Positions 40,401 through 52,400 of a DNA stretch of 64,000 bases are shown here, piece after piece. The position numbers and the translations under genes are program-made. Under the pieces are notes generated by a model. That model searched no databases. It was not told the origin of the DNA and saw nothing but the letters and a program-made list of their open reading frames with translations. The DNA lies in the NCBI GenBank assembly GCA_048128005.1, contig JBEUKZ010000020.1, positions 1 through 64,000 of the forward strand, read 5' to 3'. This DNA is from Veleropilina oligotropha (Eukaryota). Numbering within the stretch: position 1 is the stretch's first letter; every line of letters begins with the position of its first letter.

Positions 40401-43400
40401 TGTCCCCCCCCCACAATGCTATGGAATGTTCCACTACGATCATGGATATTGAGAGCTGTCCCCCCCCCACAATGCTATGGAATGTTCCACTACGATCATG
40501 GATATTGAGAGCTGTCCCCCCCCCCCCACAATGCTATGGAATGTTCCACTACGATCATGAATATTGAGAGCTGTCCCCCTCCACAATGCTATGGAATGTT
40601 CCACTACAATCATGGATATTGAGAGCTGTCCTCTCTCAATGCCAATACTGCCGACGAGGGGGTCTGAAGATTGAGCTATTATTTGCATCACAGTTATAAG
40701 ATTTGATGATCGAATATCCGATGCGCTGTTCTGAAGATATTTGACGGATAACAAATTTTCATGTCGAAAATGAGGGATAACTCTGGTAATATTTGTCGAA
40801 ATTCCACTGGAATCGAAATTGACCTCCGCGTTATCATTTTCAACACAATCACAAGATTTGAAAAACATTCAATGCACAGTTCTGAAGATAATTGACGGAA
40901 ACCACAGACGAACGGACACATGGACGACCGAGAGTATAACATAATACCACCACCACATCAATGTGGTATAAAATCAAAATAACCAGTGCAATGCTTACCG
41001 TTCCGTAAGAGTTCATTTCGCAGCCAGCATCTAGCAGTGCCATGGCAATCTCGGGGTGACCGTGATATGCGGCAAACATGAGGGGAGTGAGGTCGGCCTG
41101 AAATAAACATGATGCTTGATTTGGATAAGTGCTTAATGTCCAGTTTTTACAACCAGAACATGTCCAAATTATCGCGGGAAGAAAAATAACTAAACAAAGA
41201 AACCTTCTCCTGTTTGTCAGAGCAGTCAGGCCAACTCAAAGGGCATAACCTAAACTTGTTGAAAAGATTTAAAATTTAATTTGGAACAGGATAGTGAAGA
41301 GTTGTGACGTTTCCACTACTCATTTAGTATTCTTGATTACGTAATGATCATGTTGTAGCAGGCTGTGGTAGATGGCGGGCAGCTGGTATCCCTGGTCACG
41401 GTTCATGGTTGGTTTGTGTTGGCGGATGTAGATGGCCTCCCTCCTAGACTTTGGTCCAGTCAGGTTCACGGGTGAGGATTGAAGTGATGCCCGCCATCTA
41501 CCACAGCCTGCTACCTGAGCGCCCCCTGCGACGGCATTATATGTTCAATTTATGAGACACAGTTGTCCGTAACTGGTCGGAGAACGCAGGTGACCGGGCT
41601 TTCCTCTCGCGATAATATGAACATGTCCTGCTTTGAACCAAATGATGGCTGGTAATATACAGGACATCAAACATCGATCCTTTCGTTTCTTTTCCTTTAT
41701 TTTTGTGGCAATAAAAATAACTGACGCGCATTGAATAATGCAATGCGACCTGATGCTGTAACCGTGCCAGCCGCATGGCATCATGATCATTCGATCGATC
41801 CACGCACACACACACATATATATATATATGGAACTCAAATGAAATCAAATCTGTGTTATTCAGGCAGCATGAGTTACCTCCCCCTCATCGCTGCTCTTCG
41901 CATTTATGTTGCATCCCGCATCGATCAGCGTTCGAGTGATGTCCCCGAGATTCGGCTCCGATGTTTGCTGGCTCCTTGCCACCTCGTGCAGGGCAGTTCT
42001 CTCATCCTAGTTAAACATGAAAAATCAAGAACGAAAATGAACAAGAGTTTGGGCAAATTCAATAATCGGCTGTAACTGTCTATTCTCAGAAAGACGGCTG
42101 CATAAAAATAATGTTTGATTCTCAGGTATTTTTTGAAAAAAATAAGTGAGGTTTTTTATAATTCTTTTAATCCAACTCTACATTTTCATGAATTTTTTTT
42201 GAGAAATTGCATTTTGAAATATTTTTTTCGGCAATTTCATTTTGGCAATAAAATTGATTTACGTGATGTGCGTGGTGCCTGAGCATCTAAACATTACAGA
42301 GACTATTGCCCGTAAATGCGCTCTTTTTTCATTGAAAATAAAAATAACCGCATTACACATTTTATTAATAACACAAAAAATTAGGAATTTTCATCGCTCA
42401 ACTTTCGTTACTAATTTACCACCGTTTAAATAAATCGCTAACGAAGATATAAAAATAATTAAACGCGGCCCGTGTTTAATTACCTCGCATAGAGTGACAT
42501 TTCCAATTGACATAGTTGGAGCACAATTGCGTAGGTTTCTGCTCGTCAAGTAACATAGCTTTCTAATTGACAATAATATATATTGCCCAGTTACAATAAT
42601 AAGTTCAATAAATGTCTATCCTATATCGATCATATCTTCACGAAATGTGCATCAATCTGAGCGAACCGTACGATAGAGGGTGGTCAGTCATGCTACACAG
42701 TCATGAATAGAGCGCATATACGGGCAATAGTCTAATTAATTAATAGATATTGCGACTTATAATTATTGACTGTATGGCAAGGTAAATGTTCAATCACACC
42801 AAATAATGACTGAAATAGTTAAATCCTTGTGCCAACAACATGAGGGATTATCTCCCTTCTCACAGCAGTTATCTTGTACGTGACAATGACCATAATCGTT
42901 CTCAATATCGTCACCTCATCATTCCTAATGCACATATTAAATTTTTAGGAAATCAGATTTGAACCTAATGTCATTGCCCCAGCCGAGATTTGAACCTACT
43001 CCTGTGCAATCGAGCCAGTGATTTCAGAGTCGGCACTCGAGACCAGACGACTACCGCGGTGGCCCAGATCATAAGTACTGCAACATAGTAAAGATTCAAT
43101 CACAGCGCAATACTACTAATATAATGCTACTACTAATAATAATAATGGTAATCTATTTATATCTATATTTACATCAGCTCTAGCGCCGAGTTACAGTCAG
43201 GCTGTTCACATGCGCATTATTAGTCCCTGGTTATAGGCCTGGTCCACTCGTTATGCCATCTCAACTCCGGGGGGTCCCCCGTGAGCATTAGTCATTTACA
43301 CGTGAGTAGCGCCATGACTTACACAAATAACTGCCAACCAGGTACCCATTCAGCAGCAGGGGGGGTGACCATACCTTTTATCTGGGGGCGCGCCGAGGGA

Positions 43401-46400
43401 AATTAAGGCTCCCAGCACTTTTTCAGAATTAATATGGATCTCAACTCAGCAGCAGGGGGGGTGAGTGTACTTTTTAGAATGGGAAAATAAGGCTCCCGGC
43501 ACCATTTCAGAACCGAGCTGGTATTACTGTGGGGATGAATGCACCTTTTCCGACCCAACGTAGACTATATAGAGCCCCCGGGGACGGCCCACTACCCGAG
43601 CCGGCCCGGGCTCCTCAGTTATGCGAGCAGTAGCAGGGGGGGTGATTGGACTTTTTAGAATGGCAAAATAGCAGCCCGGCGAAGGCTACAGGACATCACT
43701 GAGGGCCCGCCAGCGTTTGATTTCGTACAACTCCCTTTCTACCGTCTTTGGTCTTCTTCTTATATATCGCTTGTTCACCATCGTCGAGTACAACGATCAA
43801 AACGTTATAGCCCCGGTTTAAGAGGTTTTTAACGCGCCTGAAGCTCCGTTCGCTGTACAGCGTAGGAATGTCTTCCTGCGGCATGTTGATTTCAAGTATA
43901 ACTACACAGCGTCTAACATGCCGATATAGTAGTATGTAGTAAGAGCCCGTAGGGACGGCCCACAACCCTCGCCGGCCCGGGCTCTCTTTTAGACATACCC
44001 ATCGGACGGGTATATCCAATGCAAAGGATACGATGTGGGGAACGGACACCTGTCAATGGCTCACCATCAGCTCCACGGAGCTATGTGGTAAGAGATGTCT
44101 GAACACGTATTGCAAAGTCCACCTGGCTCGGCTACGGCGAAATGGCTGGGGCACAAAGCCCTGCATCAAATGCGGCAAAGGCGTCTTTAACCGGTTTACG
44201 TTGTGCCGGGGTTGTGGGTATCGGAATGAAGACGTTAAGGACTGGCAACGAAAGAAAAGGGCCTTCCAGAGAGAGTTTCGCCGCATGGCTGCAATCTACC
44301 ACACGTAATTTCCTATTAGAGAAATGATTTGGCGTAGTGTATACCCCCCCAGCAACATGGATGACCTGCGCAATCTAGCGAAAGATTATGGGATTCCCGC
44401 TCGGTCGAAGCTCAAGAAGCACGACCTCGTCAGGGCAATCGCCAGGGTCCGTGCTGCGGAGTTTCGGAGCAGACTCGAGCGGGCGATGAAAACGGGAAGG
44501 TTCCCCTCCATACGTGGAGATGTGGAGAACCCCCACAAAAGAGGCCGACGTGCTCGCGAGTTGCGGCAGATTAAGGACGAGGTCGACGCCGCCCTGCAGG
44601 CTCGTAAATACGAATCCCAGGCTGAGAAAAATCCCAGGATTCGACTGAAGCCACTTCGCGCCATCACGGATCGAATCGTCAAGCGGTCTCGGAAAGAGAC
44701 CCTTGCCCATGCTATTGCTCGGAAGGGGCCCGATCTTCTCATCTCCAAAATGCCCCGGACAGCCCAGGACTACCAGAAGGATCTTCTAGGGCAATTTACC
44801 ACACCCGAGGGACAACGATTCATCGACCTGGATGACCAGGTCCCTCCCCCAGTAAGGCTCCCAGCAAAAGAGCCATGGGTGGAACTCTTGAGCGACGCCA
44901 AAGACGAGTTTGAGGTCGATGGCGCCGCGGCGGCTTTCTCCACATGGAGGGTAGAAGTGGCTGGACGGCTGGCCCTGGATGCCCGTATGACAGATGCAAG
45001 GGCGGCACAGCTCCTCACAGCCCTTCCAAAGGGCGAGTATGTCCTTAGAATAAAGTTCTTGCGTGAGTGGAGTGAGGGCGACTGGGTGGTCGAAGACAAG
45101 TTTGACCCGGTGAAAGCTGCGAGGAAGAAGGGCCAGGGTGTCTTTGAGATCTCTCAGGACACTAAGCCGGGTGCTATCACTGGGGTCGACAAGGTCTACT
45201 ACGAGAATGCCTACCCGGTCACTGCAGTCGTCTACGGCGTCTATCCTCTCAGAGAACCAAACCCCGCCAACCTGGTTCCGATGAAGAACGGCGACCTCAA
45301 CTGCGTTGCCCAACGAGTGGTTGAGCACTTCGAAGGCGCCCTTAGAGGACACGGACTCACCCCGACAAGGCGGCAGAAAATACTGGAGTGGGAAGAGCGA
45401 GTCCATGTAACAGGCGCCACTGTGGATGATATATCCATCCTCGAGAAGATACTGAAGCGGGCGATTGTCTTGAGAGACATCGCCGGCGAGGACGTCTTCA
45501 ACAGCGGAAAATACCAGGCCAGTATGTGGAAGTCCATAGAACTCATCTGCCACAACGGCCACGCATGGTCCAAAGACCTACACTTCCCGCAAAGTAGAGA
45601 GGTCCACCTGTATGAGGGCGATGTCTGGGAAGCTATTCGACAAGCCACACAGAACGAGCCATTGGCTGTCTGGCTCCTAGGCGGTACAGACCAACAGCTC
45701 AACGTGAACCAGTTCGTGCTTCAGGACGGCCGCACGTACAGGACAAAAGATGATCACGAGAGACTCCAAGAAGCCTGTACAGCGCTGGGGAATGAGTCCC
45801 TAGCCGATCGAGCCTTTGGCGTGAACCATGCAGCTAGCATTATGGCCAAAGAGACCAACGGCTGGAAACCGACCCCAGCGGGCCTGCTCGATGACATCCA
45901 GAAGGCCTGTGTAGAGCATGGCCACGGCGGCCTGTGGAATTCCATGAATTACGACACGGGCGATGTCTGCTGCATCGATATGAAATCCTGCTACCCTGCA
46001 AGCTTTCTGGGGAAGGGCGAGGCTAAGCCCTATTTCGAAAGATTCGGACACCCACTCCACAGCATGACCCGGGTCGCAATTAACGGTCCTCTACCACAAG
46101 ATATCGGGACCGGGTTTGCTGAGGTCGTGGAATGGGAGTTCGCACAAGACATCCACCCCGTCATTGTAGCATGGTTCGGAAAGCACTTTGCAGAGAATGG
46201 ATGGGCACCAACCCTGCTGCTCGCATTCCTCGTAGAATCTGGACTCCTAAAAAGCCTCAAGATCCGAGAATCCATTATCGCGTTCAAAAACCAGACCGAT
46301 GTCTGGCTTCCGGAGAATCGTGACCAGGGCTGCAGCATTATCGGCAAATTCACCCAAGGCGCCAAAGCCGATGGCAAAAGATTGACTCGTAGACTGGTGA

Positions 46401-49400
46401 CCGACCAGGGTGAGCTCGACTTCCTCGTAAGAGACACCCGCCAAAGCGGCACCCTGGTTGGCGCTCCTCAGAAATGCCCCCTCGGTCACATCCTCACGTA
46501 CTATGATGGCTCCCAGCCTCAGTACGCCCACCTGAGGGCATCCATGTTGGCCTATGCACACATAAACCTCTTGAGCATGCTGAAGCGTTTCAGTGCAGCA
46601 GAAGCCGTCCGGGTAGCCACGGACAGCATCTACCTCAAGAAGGCCTCGTTGGAGAAGCTCGATGATGTCACGGTGTACGTTGCCCCCAGACTCTGCGGCT
46701 GTGGCGAGAAATCGTGCATCTCATGTCTGATCGCGGAGCCGTACCTTCCGCCAGTAGCACCAGCCCAGTGGCGTGACAAGGGTGAACAGCTGTATATGCC
46801 ACAGGAACATGCCGCATACCTACCCAAGCCAGAGTATTGTTGTGCCGCCAATTCCAGCCAGCCGAGCACCGCGCCATGCTACAATGACACACTGACCCAC
46901 TATCGCCTGAGTTACCTCAACGGTGGAGGGGGCTGTGGCAAGACTACGAGAGCGATCGAGCTGTTCCGGGCAAGGAATCCCGTCGTGTTCACACCAACCC
47001 ACCGCCTCGCTAAAGAGATGCGGACCAGAGGCGTCAAAGCCCAGACCTACCACAGCTTCTTCCGATGGAGCGGCCAGAACGACTGGACGCCTGATCGCAT
47101 GGGTCAGAAGTTCATCCCGCGCGTCATTATCTGGGACGAGGTCTGTACTGTTCCCCGGCACATCCTAGAGATGTTCTTGGACTGGCTGGGCCGCCACGAA
47201 GTGCAGGTTATCTGCTGTGGTGATCAAGGCCAGCCACCACCGATTACGGGCGAGATGCCGCACGATTGGCTGCGAAAGACCGCGGACTACTATGAAGAGA
47301 TCGAAGTAGACTACAGGGCGAAAGACGACCCTGCCCTCCAAGCCCTGAAAAGACGTATCCGTCTCCAGCCCGACAAAGTCCAGTGCGACGAGATGCGACG
47401 GACCCTCCCCAGCTGCCTCGGATGGGACCGGTTCGTCAACACCTGGAAGCCAGGCGACCTAATCCTCACAAGCCGTCAGAAGGTCCGCGAACGGGCTCAA
47501 GAGCTGTTGCTCCAGAGGCACAAGGAGCACTTCCCAGACTCCATGGTGCCTATCCTGTACCACCCCAGGGACAGCAGAAAACAGAACATCATGGTAACCA
47601 TTCCGGGCACCAGCGACAGAGAGGAGCTAGTTCTGAACGACGTCGTCGAGGTCACCATTGAGGCCGCTGAGCGGGCTATCCTGACCCCGGATTGGCGCCT
47701 GGGCTATGCTCTCACCATCCATTCGAGCCAGGGTCTTACGATTCACGACCCACAGAAAGTCTGGATCATCGACGACTACCTTCAGTGGAGTAATCTCGCC
47801 TACCTAGCCGTGTCCCGGGTGGAGCTGCTGCGTCAGCTCGAACGGGTAACCTGTCCACCGGATGAGGGTTCTGAGGACAGGCCCCCCCAAGCGCCCCAAA
47901 CCGAGCAACAGCTCCGAAAGACCATCCAGAAAAAGCTTGTGGCGTACAAACGCCAGGACCAGGCAACGGGACTCCCGGGGTTTAACCTCAAGGTCGACGA
48001 CATCCTGCGGCTCAGAGAGGCCCAAAACAACCGCTGCGCAGCATGCAACATAGAGCTGCTCTGGGCATATTCCCCGAAGGACACACAGCAGTTCAGTGTC
48101 GACCGTGTGGACAACAGCAGGGGCCACACCCGCGACAACGTGCGCTTAACGTGTCTGGAATGTAACCGGAAACGAGGATTTGCGGTTGTTAACGCCTGAG
48201 AACCGGCGGCAGCTGGGTATCACGAGGCACCACGAGAAGTTCCTCACGAACGAAGCCACGCGGTGGTCCATCCAGCAAGTAGTAGAGCACAGGCTCGTCA
48301 GGCTTAGTGACGGAGCGTCCAAGCCTGTAAACTTTTAGAGACCACACCGGGTCAGTAGCACGGCGATGACCCCCCTCCAGCTCACCATCGTAGTAAAGGT
48401 AGCGAACATCTACGTCAGAGGGGAGTTTCTGTTCCTTCCCCTGTCGGCCTGGAACAGTGGCGCCTGGCTTTTGGGCAACGCGAGGTGCCTTGATGGCGTC
48501 CTTGGGCTTTTTACCGGTCAGCCTGGTCACTTCCCCATTCAAGGCCGCAACTACAGCTGCTAACCGGGCGACCCACTCAGTTGACCTTTGACCCTCTTTC
48601 GCAGACTCTGCAAACTGCATCTCTGTTGCATACTGGTGCCCGAAGAGCCGCTCAGCGAGCGTCCGGTTGAAGCGCTCCACAATGCCCTGATCACGATGGA
48701 TATCCACACGGCCACGCCTAACCTCGACGTTATTCTTTGCCAGCAGCTGGGAAACCGCGCCCATAAACTCTCGCCCTGGATCGACTTGAAGCAGTTTCGG
48801 CCAGCCAAGAGGACTCCGCCTGTAGATTCGGGCTAGTGCTTCAGCAACCCCTTTGGCCTCTTTTGTGACCAGAGGCTCAGCCTCTTTAAAGCGACTGGCC
48901 ACATCAACCACAGTCAAAGCGTACTTATAGGTCTTGTGTCTGACCTTGTCATGGGGGAGAAACAGGAGGTCGGCTTGGTGCACCTCGTTTGGCGTTACGA
49001 CGTCGAATTTTGGTCTTGGAATCCGCCGTGGCGCAGGTAAATAGATCTGCCATATAGCCTGCCTCTTAAGCCATGTCCGGGCCTCCACTTCAGACGCCTT
49101 GGCAGCGTCAGCTAGTTTCTTTATCGCGGCAATGCCTTTCCAGTAGCCCTTAGGGCTGTAGTACATCCTCGCAAGCTTACTATCCATCAGCAATGTATTC
49201 CAGTAAACTGATCAGTCTCCAACAGGCTTCAGCTTCCGGAGCCGGTCGCTGCGCAGTCGTCGCCCGTAGGTTGGTCGGGCCCGAGAGCACCAGGACCGCG
49301 AACCGCACCATAGTCTTTTAGTCGCGGCGCCAGCAGTCGAGTAACGTAGTACTATAGCCGACCGCAAGCATAGCGCAGTACAGCTCTTCTGGGAGCCCCA

Positions 49401-52400
49401 TTATTATACCTGGCACACGAAAAAAATGTCCACTGGAAATAATTAGGCGAGCTTGTAGGCGACCAACCCGGTCGCAGCCATCCCCAGGATGATGAAGGTG
49501 ATCTCACGTCCCTTCTGGCCATCGCTCGGTGTGTAGTAGTCAGACAGGGCGGGCTCAGGGCCACCCCCCAGGCCGGGGTCAAGGTTCTTGCCGGTGATCA
49601 ATGCATACTCACGGATCGCGGCGTCAACATCCCGGAATGTGCCAACGGCATGACCCTGGCAGCGAAGTTCAACGTTCAGCCAGTCGAGACGCTCTGCCCT
49701 CTGTTGTGACCATTTAGTCTGAGCAGCGTTGAGCTGTTCTACAGCAATGTCGTGGCGTTTACGCTCCGCATCGACACCGGAGCTGCGTAGCTTCGAGAAG
49801 AGGAAGTTGGAGCCGCTGAAGGCGAGGGCGTTGACGAGAGCGCCCCCAACCAGCATCGCAATGGAAGCCATTGAAATGCTGCGATTATCTAGCAAGGTCA
49901 CACTACTTCAAAACGTCGGCCGGAATGATGCCTTGCTTGATCAGCATGTCCTTCGTCGCCATGGCGAGCGCTACGTCGAGGACGACCATCCCGACATCGT
50001 ACACCGTGAAGTCCAGTTTGGGGCTCGCTCCCTTGAATACCATCTTTGTCAGGCGTGCGTAGCCTATGGCGAGGCCTGACACTATAGCGGCGTGGTATAC
50101 AGCGTTGCCGAGCATCTTTCCATCAGTGATTGGGGTAGTCATAACTGTTGATTAGTACCGTTTGCGACTATTGCATATGAAAAGGGTTCTGCTTCTTCAA
50201 TTCGATAGTGGGGGCGGCCCGAGGCTGCCTAGCGTCCGCGTCTGGTGGCTGTTGATGTGGTGTGGATGGACCAGGGTTGCTGCGTTCTGAGGACGTCTTC
50301 CAGACAACAAATACCAACGCAACCGTACCGGCAGCGACGGCTACCTGGGTCCAATTAAATAGGTCCGATTTCCGTGTATCTGGCGCATGCGGTCTTTCTG
50401 CGGCTGGAACCGCCTCCCCGGGCTGTTCTGATGGAACGACAACACTTGTTGGGGCACTCAGGTCTTCTTTCATTTTTCGAACCGAGGCCAGTAGCTTCTC
50501 CTGCTTGGCTTTTCGAGCAGCAGCGCCGGCCCGACCTGCAGCCACTTTTTTCGGGTCCTTTTTACTCACTGATGAGTCCGTCGAAGAAGTCACCCTCTCT
50601 ATCGGCTGGCTCTCGATCACTTGGTCCACTTCCGGCGTTGTCATCTTGATCTGGTATCTTAGGCGGGCAAACATGTCCAAATTGGCAGTGCTTAGCCGTG
50701 GTCAACGCTGCGGTCAGCGGTGCGAGGTACATGCCATATTTATAATACAGCTCACAGCTTGCAGTGGTCAGGGCATGTGAGATGAACGGGTCGGCCTCCA
50801 GGTCGGCGATCAGTCGTAGCTGGTTTGCTGGTGGAATGGGCAGGAACATCCCAGCTGCCCCCGCGTAGAGATGAATAGCTGAAGTCCCCAGAGTCTTCGT
50901 CACATCGGCACCGAGTTTCGCTTCATACCTCGCGTGGTGCTTTTCGACCTCGTCGTGGTCATGTCGTCTATCCGGTCCACTGTGAGGTTACGCCCCATGT
51001 ATCGGTGGGCCTGTCCTCCAACGGCTAAGGCTGCAAGCCTCTCACGCTTTGCCGCGCAAACGGAACTTGCGACTCCACTGTTACTGACAGGTTCCTTGCC
51101 ATCGGGAGTCAAGCGACAGCTGTTGATGGTCGTTTCTTGTTCGTCATCCATGAGTTGATCGATGAGGCTGTCCATCCTGAAGCGTTTCCAGCATCGCCTC
51201 ACCGGTCTAATATAACTGTAAATCCAATACCACAATGTAGCGAGTAGGAGCAAGATCAGGCTCTGGCTGAAAGCAAAAGCTAGATATACAGCGTCCGACA
51301 TGCGAGAGCTTGCTGGGCAGCTACTTAGCATCTGCTGGGTAGCTATAGCACACTATAAGCAACGGGCTGATCAGTTTTCAACAGAAGCTTAGCGTGTCGT
51401 GTCTCGGCCAACAGCCGGCGAACCTCGGTCCGTTCATCCTGCGACGGGATTACATCGTTCTCGCGCAGACAGTCCTCGAAACTGTCGCGGTCCTTGCAAT
51501 GGAACAGCGCGACCCAGCGGGTCTGCTCTCTGAGCTCCTTCAAGACCGAGTTGTACTTTTGCGTCACTACCCATACGCTCTGGGAAGCATGCCTGCCGCT
51601 GAAGGCCAACAAAGTCAGCATGTCCCTCCTCTTTGCCATAGCCTTGCTCGCGGCGCAGTCGTCGATGATATATAAAGTTGATTCCCCCTGAAACAGTCGG
51701 TAGAATCCCCGCAGCCAGTCATGGAGTCGCTCACCCGGGGGGACTAAATACACCTCAGGGTCGGTCCAGATCCACGGACAAGACTGGTATGCTTTGTTGT
51801 ACTTGATCGTGGGGCAGAGGACCACGATATGCCGGAAGACGCCTCGATACTCCCCTTCCAGCAGTTCAAGCATGAAAACCGTCTTCCCACAGCCCGTCTG
51901 GCCGCAGATGATTGCGGAGTGGGGGTCCTTGGTGTGCGGAAATCGTTTAGTACAGTGCTTCGACGAATCGGCCATTCTCGATATTCAGCTGTGCGTCCAT
52001 GATCACGAACTCGTAGACGTTCAGTGGACCGGCCGCTTCGGCTGTTTTAGTGATCTGAATAGTAATGCCTTCGCTGGCGTTCTCGACCCTCCGGCCTGAC
52101 CCGTGCAACTGATCGTCGTCAGTTACCCGCATATCGATCCAGAGCGCAAATTTCTTAGTCAGAAATTCGCCCAGGGTGACGTCTGCCATCTCCAAGTCCT
52201 TTGCGACCATCGTGACCTCAGGATGCCGCTTGCTGCAGCCGGAGGCGAACATTTTCTTGGCTTCTTCCCAGATCTGGTATGTTCGCATGCCCTGGCTGTA
52301 GATTTGATTCGGGACACCCTCGATTGTGACCTCGACCTTTGTGATCTTCGGATTATAGAAGGCCTCAGTATCGCGAGAGAATGGCGCGGCGTCTCTCGCA

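Noticed and set aside
44375..48836. Many antisense and alternate-frame ORFs over the replicase and integrase
   Set aside because: Expected shadows in GC-rich coding DNA; no motifs.
49210..49402. Arg-rich small ORF (APRRAVLRY...RSDRLRKLKPVGD) as a core protein
   Set aside because: Needs a stop readthrough and frameshifts, and has no second copy here for comparison; not supportable from this window.
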